From Parcubacteria group bacterium (lineage in GTDB: Bacteria; Patescibacteriota; Patescibacteriia; UBA9934; GWF2-40-263): a DNA stretch of 64,000 bases. Both the position numbers and the translations under genes were made by a program. The stretch is from positions 2,490 to 66,489 of the forward strand of contig JABMNZ010000017.1 in NCBI GenBank assembly GCA_013204395.1, written 5' to 3'. Under the pieces are notes generated by a model. The model saw only the letters and a list, made by a program, of their open reading frames with translations, was not told the origin of the DNA and made no database searches. Below, in pieces: positions 20,836 through 31,395 of this stretch (positions are counted from its first letter, which is position 1; every line of letters starts with the position of its first letter).

Positions 20836-21036
20836 TTACAAAATTTGCATTGAGGCACCGGTAATAATCATGATGACACCAACGACCCCGATGAACTGTT
20901 CAAGACGCATGTCTTCAAAAACTTTTTTGTCAATCTTATGATCGTGTAGAACTCGGTGATGAACCCTAAGGACGGTGAAGGCTATGAGTAGTTCGCCAGA
21001 CGTATGTAAAAGAAAGCCGATAGTCGAGAGTTGCAT
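20836..21036 (-). CDS. Small membrane protein
   Basis: 66 aa with two hydrophobic segments. Confidence 0.65.
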   Translation of the reverse strand: MQLSTIGFLLHTSGELLIAFTVLRVHHRVLHDHKIDKKVFEDMRLEQFIGVVGVIMIITGASMQIL

Positions 21037-21162
21037 AGAAGGTTTATTCGGTAGATTACGATCTTTAATGAATAGTATACCAGGTATTTACGCTAATCTA
21101 CTCTTATTATCTCTAGGTGGGGATTGATAATATATCTGAAATCTGGTACAACCTGCCCTGTT

Positions 21163-22620
21163 ATGGCACAAACAAATGTAGTTGTACGGTTTGATGATGT
21201 GACCTTTGGTTACACCAAGGAAAATCCTCTTTTGAATGAGGCTAGTTTTTCTGTACGCGAAGACGCAAAGTTTACCCTCATGGGTCAAAACGGCGCTGGA
21301 AAGAGTACGTTGTTTAAACTTATTACTGGTGAGTTCAAAGCAGATAAAGGAAAGATTCATCTTTCACCCTCAGCAACGACGGCAACGGCAAAGCAGGTAA
21401 TGGCACGCGAGCATTTGTCTGAAACCGTGCTGGAATACTTTGCCCATGTTTTCGATACGGTTCCTTATAATATCGACAAACAGATCGCTGATATTTTAGA
21501 TGTTGTTAATCTGTCAGCTCCTCTTGATAAGAAGATTGAAGATTTCTCTGGTGGCCAGCAGGCACGACTTCTCCTGGCCTACGCTTTGATACAAGCTCCA
21601 GACATCTTGCTTCTTGATGAGCCTACAAACAATCTTGATCGTGATGGGATTGATCACCTAACAGCTTTCCTCATCATGTATCCAAAAACCGTTCTGGTTA
21701 TTTCCCATGATGCAGATTTCCTAAATAGTTTTACTGAGGGGGTTCTTCATTTAGATGTCTATACGGGGAAGGTGGAGCGTTACGATGGAAACTACTCAGA
21801 TGTCGTAGAGGAGATTGCCGCGCGTGTAGAGCGTGACCGTGCAAAGAACGCACGTCTTTTGAAAACAATCCAAGACAGAAAAGATAAAGTAAACTTTTTC
21901 GCACACAAGGGAGGTAAGATGCGTAAGCTTGCAAGTAAGCTTAAGGATGAGGTTGCTGAGGCTGAGGAGAACATGGTCGGGGTTAGGCGGGATGATCGAA
22001 CGATTAATGATTTCACTATTCCAGTTCAAGTGTTTAAGGAGCCGATGGTGGAGATAACGGGTGTGAAGGTTATCCTGAATCATGAACCACACCATGCCGA
22101 TATAAACCTCGTGCTTAGGCGTAAACAACACTTACTCATCGAGGGACCCAACGGAATTGGAAAGAGTACGCTGCTGCGGACACTGGCCAGTGGACAGTCT
22201 GAAGATGCAAAGATTTTTCCTGGAGTGAAGGTCGGATATTACAAACAAGATTTTTCCGGACTTGATTTTAGCGAGACGGCCTATAACTCACTTGCGTCGA
22301 TGATGGATCAGCCTGACAATGAGGTAATTCGCCGCACAGGAGCGCAATTCCTCCTAAATGGAGACGTGCTGGCTACAAAGGTGGGGGCGTTGTCTGAGGG
22401 GCAAAAAGGATTGTTGAGCTTTGCACGATTCGTATTGCAAGAACCTGGACTACTCATATTTGATGAGCCAACAAATCATATCAACTTCCGTCACTTGCCA
22501 GTGATCGCTCGAGCGATCGATAAGTATGAGGGATGCATGATCATGGTGAGTCACGCCCATGAGTTTGTCTCACAAATGAAGTTTGACACGACCCTCGATC
22601 TGTCGAAACTCATAAAGTAA
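21163..22620 (+). CDS. ABC-F family ATPase
   Basis: Two ABC cassettes (GQNGAGKST, GPNGIGKST), DEPTN motifs, no TM segments. Confidence 0.92.
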   Translation: MAQTNVVVRFDDVTFGYTKENPLLNEASFSVREDAKFTLMGQNGAGKSTLFKLITGEFKADKGKIHLSPSATTATAKQVMAREHLSETVLEYFAHVFDTVPYNIDKQIADILDVVNLSAPLDKKIEDFSGGQQARLLLAYALIQAPDILLLDEPTNNLDRDGIDHLTAFLIMYPKTVLVISHDADFLNSFTEGVLHLDVYTGKVERYDGNYSDVVEEIAARVERDRAKNARLLKTIQDRKDKVNFFAHKGGKMRKLASKLKDEVAEAEENMVGVRRDDRTINDFTIPVQVFKEPMVEITGVKVILNHEPHHADINLVLRRKQHLLIEGPNGIGKSTLLRTLASGQSEDAKIFPGVKVGYYKQDFSGLDFSETAYNSLASMMDQPDNEVIRRTGAQFLLNGDVLATKVGALSEGQKGLLSFARFVLQEPGLLIFDEPTNHINFRHLPVIARAIDKYEGCMIMVSHAHEFVSQMKFDTTLDLSKLIK

Positions 22621-22668
22621 TCAATCAATTTAAAAAACACCCTCGGTATGTCCGGGGGTGTTTTGATT

Positions 22669-23442
22669 TTAGGCTGCCAGTGGTAATTGGTCTTGTTCGA
22701 CTTCGTGAAGTGATAATCCAAGCTCTTCGGAATGTTTTTTTAAGAATTGAGCAGCAAAGGTATCAGCATACCGTTCTGGTTCAGAGGCTCTATATTCTTC
22801 TTCTTGAACACGGATAAGATCCTCAACAGTTTGCATTTCCTTAAAACGAGGGTGGGCAGCTAGCTTTGGATGGTCGTTAAGAACAGCTTCAAGCGAGGTT
22901 ACGTTTCTTAAATCTCCAGTGAGCCCTGTCGGAGAAACGTTTGGAATTGGCAAGGTGTTGAGTATTGCCGATCGATGGAAAGCCATTTCATCCGGTGCAT
23001 CCCAACCACTGAGATCTGGGTCTCTTTGATAATTAGAGACGAAATCTAGAACGTGTCCCATTTCGTGAGCGAGGATAAAAAGCTCAAGTAATTCTGGAGT
23101 CATTGCTGACGGATCTATACCAAGCGCTTCTGCATTGATTGCTACAGATGCTTTTCTAATTTCAAGAAGTGGTGCATACGACTCAGCTCCACCCTCTGCC
23201 ACATGAATGAACGGGATGATAACCCCTTCTTCAAGTTCTTGATCAAGAGTGTAGAAACCACCGGCATCATAGGCATCCTCTGGTTTGAAAGTTCTCATTT
23301 GAGTCTCAGACAACTCAGGATTCTCTCTTACGATAATTTCAAATAAACGCCGGACTTCAGGCCTAAGTTCTGTTTCGATCGTTGGCTCGGCCTCGACAAG
23401 GTGTAGAGCTCCAGGATCTCTTTCAGGTAAGGCTTTTTCCAT
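22669..23442 (-). CDS. Hypothetical protein with HExxH metallopeptidase-like motif
   Basis: LAHEMGH followed by E..AD (ERYADTFA). Confidence 0.65.
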   Translation of the reverse strand: MEKALPERDPGALHLVEAEPTIETELRPEVRRLFEIIVRENPELSETQMRTFKPEDAYDAGGFYTLDQELEEGVIIPFIHVAEGGAESYAPLLEIRKASVAINAEALGIDPSAMTPELLELFILAHEMGHVLDFVSNYQRDPDLSGWDAPDEMAFHRSAILNTLPIPNVSPTGLTGDLRNVTSLEAVLNDHPKLAAHPRFKEMQTVEDLIRVQEEEYRASEPERYADTFAAQFLKKHSEELGLSLHEVEQDQLPLAA

Positions 23443-23520
23443 AAGTATTGTTTTTAACAGTCAGATAATAGCATAGCCCTTTAAGCAAAAACACCCTTAC
23501 GGGTGTTTTGAATTGCTTTG

Positions 23521-24030
23521 TTAATCTTTGAACCACTCGATATCATCTAGATCCTTCGGTGGCTTTGGTGCAGCAGCGAATTTTCTCTCTGGTGCCACAT
23601 AACTTTCAGCTCGTGGCTTAGGGGTACTTGTTGAGCGTGATGGAGATATTGGTGCCGCAGGAGCACTCTTGCCCAGTATGGCGAGGATACGATCAAGCTT
23701 TGTATTGATCTCATCGATTTCTCGTTTCATGCTTGGTGCTGATGGGCGGCTCTCAAATGATGGTCTGTCATTGGAGCGCTTAAAGGCTGGTCGATCTCCG
23801 AACGATGGCTTTGAGGGTGATGGTCCGTTTGTTCTAAAACATGTGCTGCAAAGCACAGGCTTTCTGCCATTTGGTTTAAATGGAACAGAACATGGATCTC
23901 CACACTCGTTGCATCGAGCTTTGAAGCTTTCTTTTTTCCCGCCAAAACCAGCATTCCAAGAAGGTGAACCCCCATGGGTACTTCCCGGTCGTTTCTTTGG
24001 GCCTCCAAAACTTTTCTTAAATACTTTCAT
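23521..24030 (-). CDS. CxxC-x17-CxxC domain protein
   Basis: CNEC..VPFKP..PVLCSTCF. Confidence 0.85.
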   Translation of the reverse strand: MKVFKKSFGGPKKRPGSTHGGSPSWNAGFGGKKESFKARCNECGDPCSVPFKPNGRKPVLCSTCFRTNGPSPSKPSFGDRPAFKRSNDRPSFESRPSAPSMKREIDEINTKLDRILAILGKSAPAAPISPSRSTSTPKPRAESYVAPERKFAAAPKPPKDLDDIEWFKD

Positions 24031-24105
24031 AATATATACGTTTGTATTGACAGTTGGAGAGACTACGCCTGAAACGTGGGAATGTCAAGGAACATTGGGC
24101 TCTCT

Positions 24106-25005
24106 TTAATGAATGGCAGAAAAGCTGGCGGTATAAGAACACCCATTGCTTCCTGTAATGGTAACGTATCCTTCAACCAAATTCTCCCCGGTCCCATAGA
24201 ACTCGTAATCTGCGTTGAAGGTGTCATATTCGTAATCAAGCATGATATCCCCATCATTGTCTAATGGTATTCCAACTTCTGTTGAACCTGAGGTTTGTGA
24301 ATAGATATTTGGATTTTCGTTCGATTGAAAGAGCAGACTATCATTTCCCATTTCAACATAGATATCTCCAGACGGGTCCCCGGTATCAAAATCATGTTCA
24401 ACATCCATGTCCATGGAAGAAGGGAGTCCAGGAAAGTCGGCTGCACCATCCTCGCAGTCTGATTCCACATCATCATAAGTCATAGCATAGGTGCCATTAC
24501 TTAAATCTTGTCTTTCATTGTCAAGGAGTTCCGCCTCAATCAATTCCATGTGAAAGGATTGAACACCGCCACCGCCACCTGCTGAGCTGTGGTAGACAGA
24601 GCCATCGATCACATCGGAATCTACAGCGGTAAATTCAAAATAGGCCGTCGCTCCTCCTTGTGTTCGAGGGGTGGTTCGATAGAAGTAGGGGACCATACCC
24701 GATAAGTTGTTGAAAAATAATCGTTGTCCATCGGCTTCAAGAACAACATACTGTGAGTCAGGGTCTGAGTAGATATACGCGGATCCGAGATTTCCAATAT
24801 CTAACTTAAATGACCAGCGTCCGGATGTTGGAACTCCTGTGATCGACGGAAGGTCTGAAACGATGTCCCCCTCTTCAATATCAGGTCCGACATCGGGTCC
24901 GGTGACGCTGTACCCGGCAAAAGCCACTGCACCGAAGAGGAAGACTACAATCAAAATGATCAGGATCTTCCTTATTTTTTTATGAGGAGTAGAAGTCTCT
25001 GGCAT
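24106..25005 (-). CDS. Hypothetical membrane-anchored acidic protein
   Basis: N-terminal TM followed by a beta-rich ectodomain. Confidence 0.75.
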   Translation of the reverse strand: MPETSTPHKKIRKILIILIVVFLFGAVAFAGYSVTGPDVGPDIEEGDIVSDLPSITGVPTSGRWSFKLDIGNLGSAYIYSDPDSQYVVLEADGQRLFFNNLSGMVPYFYRTTPRTQGGATAYFEFTAVDSDVIDGSVYHSSAGGGGGVQSFHMELIEAELLDNERQDLSNGTYAMTYDDVESDCEDGAADFPGLPSSMDMDVEHDFDTGDPSGDIYVEMGNDSLLFQSNENPNIYSQTSGSTEVGIPLDNDGDIMLDYEYDTFNADYEFYGTGENLVEGYVTITGSNGCSYTASFSAIH

Positions 25006-25025
25006 AAGAGTTTGGTTAGGTGTAT

Positions 25026-26825
25026 TTATGGCTGAAGTTGTGATCGGAGTAAGTCAATCTCTTCTTGGGCAAGAATCCAAAGTTTTTCCAGTGAAGTAAG
25101 TTTATCATTTAACTCAGAAAGACGCTGGGCCCTATGAGGGGAGTAATCCGTTGGGTTGTCAAAGAAGAACTTCAGGATTTCACTTTTTTCTATATCAAGG
25201 TCCTTTATTTGTTTGTTTGCTCTTTCTTGAGACCGTTGATGTTCTTTGATGCGAGCATGTAACTCAACCCGCTCAAGTGAACCAAGAGTATCTGGTTGGT
25301 TGTCACTGGTCGAATCTTCAAGGAGTGACGATTCCATGAGGGAGGTGAGGTCGTCGACATAATCCTCATAAGAGCCCATTGACCGTCTTAAGGTCCCTCC
25401 TCTTATCTCGTATACTTTATCTACAAGCGTGTTGATAAAGGTTCTGGCATGGGAGATCACTACCACAGTCCCCTTATATTCTTTGAGGGCAACTGCAAGT
25501 GCATCCGCTGTCTCAACGTCTAAGTGGTTGGTTGGCTCATCTAGAAGCAATACATTGTGCTCGTGCAGTAAGACTCCAGCCAGGCAGAGACGAGCACGCT
25601 CACCCCCGCTTAACACACTTGTAGATTTGTCTAAGTCATCATTTCTAAACAGAAAGTTCCCAGCCATCATCAGGAGTCGTTCGCTTGAGGCATTGCCTGG
25701 TGCCATGGCAGTTAGATACTGAAGAACTGTTTCAGTTCCTTTTAGAGTGGTCTCGGTGTGCTGGTCGTAATATCCAATATCTGCTTTATGCCACCACTTG
25801 AAGGATCCGTTTAAGTGAGGGATGTGCCCGGCTAGAGTTTTTAGAAGGGTTGATTTTCCACGACCGTTCTCACCAGCGATGACAACCTTTTCTCCACGAA
25901 TGATTTCTATATCTATATTTTCCACAACCACATGTTCAGCGTAACCAATGGAGAGTCCTTGTGCACGGACGGCTGTGCCGGCGGTAAATCGTGGGGAGGG
26001 GATAGAGATACGTGTCGTCGCCAGGGCTGAATCGATTTTTGAGATCTTATTCCTGAGAGTGGCGATGTGTTTAACTTTGCTTTGAGCACGTGAGGCCATG
26101 CTTGCCTTAAATCGAAAACGATCGACGAATTTTTGCTGATGAGCAATTTCCTTTGATAGTTTCTTGTTACTTCGTCGATCAAAATCTAACTGTTGCTGTT
26201 TAAACTCCAGGTACTCCTGAACGCCCCCCTTATAGCTTGTGAGAGAACCACGTTCGATTTCAAAAGTATGCGTACAGGTATTCTGCAGGAATGTTCTGTC
26301 ATGAGCTGCCAGAAGAAACGCTCCACTGTAGTTTTGAAGAAATCGTTCAAGCAGCAAGAGTGTCTGAAGATCAAGGTAGTTTACTGGCTCGTCCAAGAAA
26401 AGAATATTTGGATCAGCCAACAGCATGGCGACAAGTTTGACGCGCATGCGGTACCCACCAGAGAGGTGAGTTGGGGGTTGGTCAAGATGTTGTGCATGCA
26501 AACCAAATTGAGAAGCCTGCTTTCTTATCGTCCATTCAGGCTTATCCGTTCTTGATTCAAGATATTCGAGCGTTGTGATTTCAGAGGGCAGTAGCTCGTG
26601 TTGTTCTACGACACCGACCTTGGCTTGGGGGTAGAACTGCACTTCGCCACCATCGGCATTCTCCGATCCCATCAAAATTTTAAGGAGGGTTGATTTTCCA
26701 GCCCCGTTGCGACCTATGAGAGCAATCTTTTGTTTTTCTGTAATTAAAAAAGACAGGTCCTCTAATACAACCTGCAAGCCGTAGGCTTTTCTGATTTTAC
26801 GCCCTTCAATAAGTGGATGCGCCAT
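25026..26825 (-). CDS. ABC-F family ATPase
   Basis: GRNGAGKST, GENGRGKST, LSGGERARL and a C-terminal coiled coil. Confidence 0.92.
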   Translation of the reverse strand: MAHPLIEGRKIRKAYGLQVVLEDLSFLITEKQKIALIGRNGAGKSTLLKILMGSENADGGEVQFYPQAKVGVVEQHELLPSEITTLEYLESRTDKPEWTIRKQASQFGLHAQHLDQPPTHLSGGYRMRVKLVAMLLADPNILFLDEPVNYLDLQTLLLLERFLQNYSGAFLLAAHDRTFLQNTCTHTFEIERGSLTSYKGGVQEYLEFKQQQLDFDRRSNKKLSKEIAHQQKFVDRFRFKASMASRAQSKVKHIATLRNKISKIDSALATTRISIPSPRFTAGTAVRAQGLSIGYAEHVVVENIDIEIIRGEKVVIAGENGRGKSTLLKTLAGHIPHLNGSFKWWHKADIGYYDQHTETTLKGTETVLQYLTAMAPGNASSERLLMMAGNFLFRNDDLDKSTSVLSGGERARLCLAGVLLHEHNVLLLDEPTNHLDVETADALAVALKEYKGTVVVISHARTFINTLVDKVYEIRGGTLRRSMGSYEDYVDDLTSLMESSLLEDSTSDNQPDTLGSLERVELHARIKEHQRSQERANKQIKDLDIEKSEILKFFFDNPTDYSPHRAQRLSELNDKLTSLEKLWILAQEEIDLLRSQLQP

Positions 26826-26914
26826 ATTGCTCAAAAGTCTATCATAGTTCTCGTTTAACGAAAGAGATTGGCAAACAAAAAACCATCCGTTTAACGGGAT
26901 GGCTTTTTAGACAA

Positions 26915-27112
26915 TTAGGCGCGCTGTACATTTGTAGCACGAGGTCCCTTGTCAGAGTCCTCAGTGTCAAATGTGACAGTGTCACCCTCTCGAAGTTCGT
27001 CAAATGTTACATCAACGAGCTCAGATGAGTGGAAGAACAAGTCCTTCTCTTCACCTTCGATCCCGATGAAACCGAACCCCTTGTCAGTCAATCGTTTGAT
27101 TGTACCTGTCAT
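26915..27112 (-). CDS. Cold-shock protein (CspA family)
   Basis: KGFGFI (RNP1), LFFH (RNP2) and KGPRA. Confidence 0.95.
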   Translation of the reverse strand: MTGTIKRLTDKGFGFIGIEGEEKDLFFHSSELVDVTFDELREGDTVTFDTEDSDKGPRATNVQRA

Positions 27113-27362
27113 AGGTGTATGTATAGTGAGTTATCCGCAAATTCCGACTCTGTTGGAAATTCGACGGATCTCCACGCTGTTGAGTACGTTTTGCACGGCG
27201 AAACAATACCCCATATTGCAAATTTTGTCAATGGCCTGATGGGGATAGCTAAATGCTTTATAATTGGGGGTATAGACCCATAGGCTGAACGTTACTATGC
27301 TTAGGGTAAAGGTATGGATTTGCATGATGTAAAAAAGCTCCGAGTTTAATCGGAGCTTTTTG

Positions 27363-27440
27363 TTATTTTAGCGGGGCTGGCTTCTTTTTGTCTTTCTTTG
27401 GTTTCTTTACCTCTTTTCTTGAGTCTTTGCCTTTGGCCAT
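27363..27440 (-). CDS. 25-aa Lys-rich peptide MAKGKDSRKEVKKPKKDKKKPAPLK
   Basis: Hand-translated intergenic ORF followed on its strand by terminator hairpin aaaaagctccga..tcggagcttttt. Confidence 0.5.
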   Translation of the reverse strand: MAKGKDSRKEVKKPKKDKKKPAPLK

Positions 27441-27510
27441 ATGGTGAATGTTAATAATGTTACTTCTATAATATCACTAAGTATTGATTGTGTGGAGATG
27501 GTTAGAGTTA

Positions 27511-28410
27511 TTATCGCAATTTAAGCGACGAGACAAACAATCCCTCGTGTTTAGTGTTTGGGAGAAGGCAGTACCCGTTCTTCATTGGTTTACCCGTAAG
27601 AGGGGAGGTGACTGGCAAAAGCTTTAGCTTTGGGAATTCCGTTAGCAACCAATCGATCATTTGTTCGTTCTCCTCAGGGGCAAGAGTACAGGTTGAATAG
27701 ACTAGGCGGCCACCTGGCTTAAGGCATGGCACAGCCGCTCGCAAGAGAGATCGTTGTAGTTTTGCATGCGCAACAATATTTCGTTCAGACCAAAAATGAA
27801 AACTGCGTGGGGCATTTAAATCGATGCGCCCTTCTGCAGAACAGGGGACGTCAGCAAGGATGGCGTCAAAAGTGCCATGAAGACTCTTGCATACACGTAG
27901 AGCATCTCCTTCGATTTGTTCTACAAAATCTGATCCCTGTAGGTTTAGGGTGTATTGAAGTTTTTGAAACCTTACCGTGTCTTTTTCAATGGCAAGCAAT
28001 CGACCTTTCCCTTGCATCATGTTTGCCATCTGACTTGTCTTGCTGCCAGGGGCGGCACATAGATCAAGAACAGTTTCACCAGGTTTTGGATCAAGGATAA
28101 CTGGTGGAACCATCGATGAAAGTCCTTGGACATAGATATGCCCGTCAGTACATAGGGGAAGTGCGAGGACTTCTTTGCTGGAGAGTTTCTTCGCAATAAA
28201 AGCGTGGGGAATAGTTTTCACACGTTCGTAGACAATGTTGTGATCCCTCAAGAAGTTCATAATGTCTTCGTCTGTGGCTTTTTTTGTATTGACTCTAAAA
28301 GTGGTCGCGCGTGTCATTTTAAAACTAGCCAAGATCGATTCAGAGCCTTGTCTACCGAATTGGTTTACTAAACGGTCAGTGAATGCCGTTGGGAGCGAAT
28401 GTTTACGCAT
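27511..28410 (-). CDS. RsmB/RsmF (NOL1/NOP2/Sun) RNA m5C methyltransferase
   Basis: LDLCAAPGSKT, DVPCSAEG and YSTCTLAPEENE motifs. Confidence 0.93.
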   Translation of the reverse strand: MRKHSLPTAFTDRLVNQFGRQGSESILASFKMTRATTFRVNTKKATDEDIMNFLRDHNIVYERVKTIPHAFIAKKLSSKEVLALPLCTDGHIYVQGLSSMVPPVILDPKPGETVLDLCAAPGSKTSQMANMMQGKGRLLAIEKDTVRFQKLQYTLNLQGSDFVEQIEGDALRVCKSLHGTFDAILADVPCSAEGRIDLNAPRSFHFWSERNIVAHAKLQRSLLRAAVPCLKPGGRLVYSTCTLAPEENEQMIDWLLTEFPKLKLLPVTSPLTGKPMKNGYCLLPNTKHEGLFVSSLKLR

Positions 28411-28414
28411 GTCA

Positions 28415-29167
28415 TTATTTCGTGAGTCTGATTGAATCATTCATGTGGTGAGATCCAACGGAAGTCCGTTTTAGCTCAAAGAGCAGAGCACCACAACCAA
28501 GTTGGTCACCCAGTCTATGGGCTAGTGCTCTGATGTACGTACCACTAGTGACCTTGAGTGTGAGGGTCGCCGTGAGGAAATATTCGTCGACACTCTCAAG
28601 TCTATTCCAAGATTGAATAACTTCTTTTTGCCTAAAGTCTTTTTTAACAAGATCAATCCGTTCAAATATATTGTTCTTAATATCCTTGAGAGGGTATGTG
28701 GACACTAAGACATCACTCTGCTCCAACACGGTCATGAGCTTGTTTGGAATCTCGATCTCGTCTAGTCGACCCTCACGTGCCCACAAGAGTAATGGTTTGC
28801 CACCCACTTTATAGGAACAGTAAGGGGGGAAGGGAAGAAGATGTTCTCCTGTAAGCTGAGATAGAGCGGTGAGAATTTGTTCTTCTTTAACGTCTTTGCC
28901 TCGTTTAATAATTCCAAGACTATCGTAGGTATCAGACGATAATCCAAAAAGAATCGTGGCTTCGTAAACTTTATCTAACTTCTGATATTCAGGTTTCTTG
29001 AATCGATCTTCATCAGACAAAAAAACAATAACCCCCTCAGCCATTGGATCAAGTCGACCTGTGTAGGTGATCTGACTATCCACCAGCTCTGGATGAGTTG
29101 CTTTAATCTTGTCTATGCACTCAAGCGGAGTCCACCCAAGAGGTTTGTAGATATTGAGGATTGCCAT
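28415..29167 (-). CDS. truB: tRNA pseudouridine(55) synthase
   Basis: KPLGWT, GRLDPMAEG and SGTYIRAL motifs. Confidence 0.88.
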   Translation of the reverse strand: MAILNIYKPLGWTPLECIDKIKATHPELVDSQITYTGRLDPMAEGVIVFLSDEDRFKKPEYQKLDKVYEATILFGLSSDTYDSLGIIKRGKDVKEEQILTALSQLTGEHLLPFPPYCSYKVGGKPLLLWAREGRLDEIEIPNKLMTVLEQSDVLVSTYPLKDIKNNIFERIDLVKKDFRQKEVIQSWNRLESVDEYFLTATLTLKVTSGTYIRALAHRLGDQLGCGALLFELKRTSVGSHHMNDSIRLTK

Positions 29168-29177
29168 GTATTTGTAT

Positions 29178-29795
29178 CTAGGCCTCACTGGGGATCCACT
29201 TTTTATGCTTTGACATGATTTCATCAAATAAATCTGACTGCAAAAACGTCCCAAGCCAAAGATGAACGTTTTTATACGGCGATGACCCTAGCCAGTCAGG
29301 TTCTACAGAAGCAAATTGTCGAACAAAGGGGAGTAGGGCCGCATCGACAAACCGCATATGATCGCCAGATAAAAACGTGCTATGAGAAAGAAGGTCATCA
29401 AGCTTCTTTATAAATACCTCACCGAGTTGTCTGTAATGTTCCTGGTTATTTTCAGGGTGACTGTTGTGATACTTATACTTGTCTAAGTGCATTTTGAATG
29501 TTGAGTCGTTTTCGTTGATCAAGTCCATGTTGGCCTCGTCCAACCAGGAGTCAGGATCATTTTTTGTCAGAGCCCACTTCATGATCTCGAGGCTTTCGTC
29601 GATAACGTATCCATCCGGAAGAACAAGCACAGGCACTGTTCCCTTGGGAGAGAATTCAATCATTGAAGATGGCTTATCCTTTAGCTCTACTTCTCGTAAC
29701 TCAACAGTCTGGCCACTTATTGCAAGAGCAAGCCTGGCACGCATGGCATAAGGGCATCTGCGAAATGAGTAGAGTATTGGAAGAGTGCCTTTCAT
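29178..29795 (-). CDS. Glutathione S-transferase family protein
   Basis: LYSFRRCPYAMRAR, SPKGTVPVL and IDESLEI motifs. Confidence 0.9.
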   Translation of the reverse strand: MKGTLPILYSFRRCPYAMRARLALAISGQTVELREVELKDKPSSMIEFSPKGTVPVLVLPDGYVIDESLEIMKWALTKNDPDSWLDEANMDLINENDSTFKMHLDKYKYHNSHPENNQEHYRQLGEVFIKKLDDLLSHSTFLSGDHMRFVDAALLPFVRQFASVEPDWLGSSPYKNVHLWLGTFLQSDLFDEIMSKHKKWIPSEA

Positions 29796-29820
29796 GTGGT
29801 CGTAAATATAGATGGGGTCG

Positions 29821-30408
29821 TTATTCAATCAAACAACCCAGAGCTCTCATTGCTTCGACAAGTTTGGCGGCGATTTCTTCTGGACGATCAAGTTTACCAA
29901 GAAGTGTTGTCTTTCCTTCCGTTGCCGCTACTTTGAAATCATCTGATAAGAAAAACTCTTGAGTTACGTCAAAAAGATCAGCGATGATTTTTACTCCTGC
30001 ATGGTTGCCACGTCTGATAGTCTCAAGCATGCTTATTTTTGCAAGATCTATGAGATCATCATCTTGCAGATCTTCTTTTGAGAGCTCGTATAAATCAAAG
30101 GCTTGTTGAACAGCATTGGCCGCACGCTTTTCTAGGCCACTAGCAATAGATCCTTTTGCCGCTTCTCTTGTTTCTGGCAAGGCAAGAAATTCTTTCCTTG
30201 TTTGTTCATCTAAAGCATCGAGTAAATCTACGACGTCGTGGACTTTTCCGTTTCTCACAGCAGCCGTGAGAAATTCAGCTTCGGTTCTCTTTAGCTCTGC
30301 ATTAAGTCTTCTGGCTTCGTTAAATTTTCCCTTGCCTAAGGCTTCTGTCATTGCCCGCACCTGCCCTTCTTTGACCTCGGGGGCTTCTGGACCTGAGTCA
30401 CTGTACAT
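29821..30408 (-). CDS. Hypothetical helical protein
   Basis: 195-aa ORF; no motif recognised. Confidence 0.7.
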   Translation of the reverse strand: MYSDSGPEAPEVKEGQVRAMTEALGKGKFNEARRLNAELKRTEAEFLTAAVRNGKVHDVVDLLDALDEQTRKEFLALPETREAAKGSIASGLEKRAANAVQQAFDLYELSKEDLQDDDLIDLAKISMLETIRRGNHAGVKIIADLFDVTQEFFLSDDFKVAATEGKTTLLGKLDRPEEIAAKLVEAMRALGCLIE

Positions 30409-30443
30409 ATCAATTGTTCTTTATTTCAATAATTAGTTCACTT

Positions 30444-30602
30444 TTATGGAGACACCCTATCAATCAATGGGGATTGCTGGAAGCCTGGGACTGGTGGTTT
30501 TGGTGGGAAGGAATCTAGTGTTCCTTTGTTACAGCCAGCACCAAGAAGGATCAGGCAGAATATAACTGTTAGTAGAACCGAGTTGTTCATTAGATATTTC
30601 AT
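30444..30602 (-). CDS. Small lipoprotein (52 aa)
   Basis: Hand-translated MKYLMNNSVLLTVIFCLILLGAGC...; LGAGC lipobox. Confidence 0.55.
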   Translation of the reverse strand: MKYLMNNSVLLTVIFCLILLGAGCNKGTLDSFPPKPPVPGFQQSPLIDRVSP

Positions 30603-30655
30603 GTCAGAATGTTGTCATATATAAAAAGAGACTGCTGGAAACGGTCGCTTTTTTA

Positions 30656-31255
30656 ATGATAGTAGATCAAGAGATTGCCAGTAAGCATTTGATAGCCATG
30701 GAGCCGGTGCTGAGACAAATTGAAACGCTACAACATCTAGGAAATAAACTTTCAGGTCTCAGTAGTGTCATGACCATCGACCTCAAGAGCCTATTCCCAG
30801 AAATTGAACGGGTCGAAACAGCTAAGATAGCTATTGTCCCGCCACAGAATAGACTTGTCACATTGAATGATACAAAAGAACTGGTAAAAGAAACCCTCGA
30901 TAAAGTTAAACATTCAGCAGTTGAAGGAGTAATATCTATTTTTATAGATCCAGATAAAAGGGAGGTGTTTCGTTATCCACGGTCAGAGAACAGCTACTTC
31001 TTTAAATCAGATTCACGGATACTTCTTTTACTGTCTTTGTCCTATCAGTACACGGAGACTTATAAACTCTCCGATCGTGCAGGCTATTCTACAAATCGAT
31101 CAGTTACGACAACAATTCAAAAAATTCGAAAACAAATTTCAAAATCATTAGATGTTGATGACGACATTATCGAAGGAAGTGCGCATATAGGATACCGAAT
31201 TTCTCCAAAATTTAGGATACTACTTGTAACCGATTTTAAGGAATACGGTGCATAA
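30656..31255 (+). CDS. Hypothetical protein with probable C-terminal winged-helix DNA-binding domain
   Basis: SVTTTIQKIRKQI...IGYRI resembles an OmpR-type wHTH. Confidence 0.55.
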   Translation: MIVDQEIASKHLIAMEPVLRQIETLQHLGNKLSGLSSVMTIDLKSLFPEIERVETAKIAIVPPQNRLVTLNDTKELVKETLDKVKHSAVEGVISIFIDPDKREVFRYPRSENSYFFKSDSRILLLLSLSYQYTETYKLSDRAGYSTNRSVTTTIQKIRKQISKSLDVDDDIIEGSAHIGYRISPKFRILLVTDFKEYGA

Positions 31256-31267
31256 ACTTTTTTTTTG

Positions 31268-31276
31268 TTATCCACA
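31268..31276 (+). promoter_or_regulatory. Perfect DnaA box
   Basis: TTATCCACA in the intergenic region before the MTase operon. Confidence 0.4.
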
Positions 31277-31395
31277 GCCCGAGAATACCGCTAAGAACAG
31301 CGGTTTTTTTATTATCCATCTGCATGATGATCTATATACGGTGCATCAGCCTTTTTGATGTAATTGAAATAGGTAATTCATTAAAAAAAGACATT

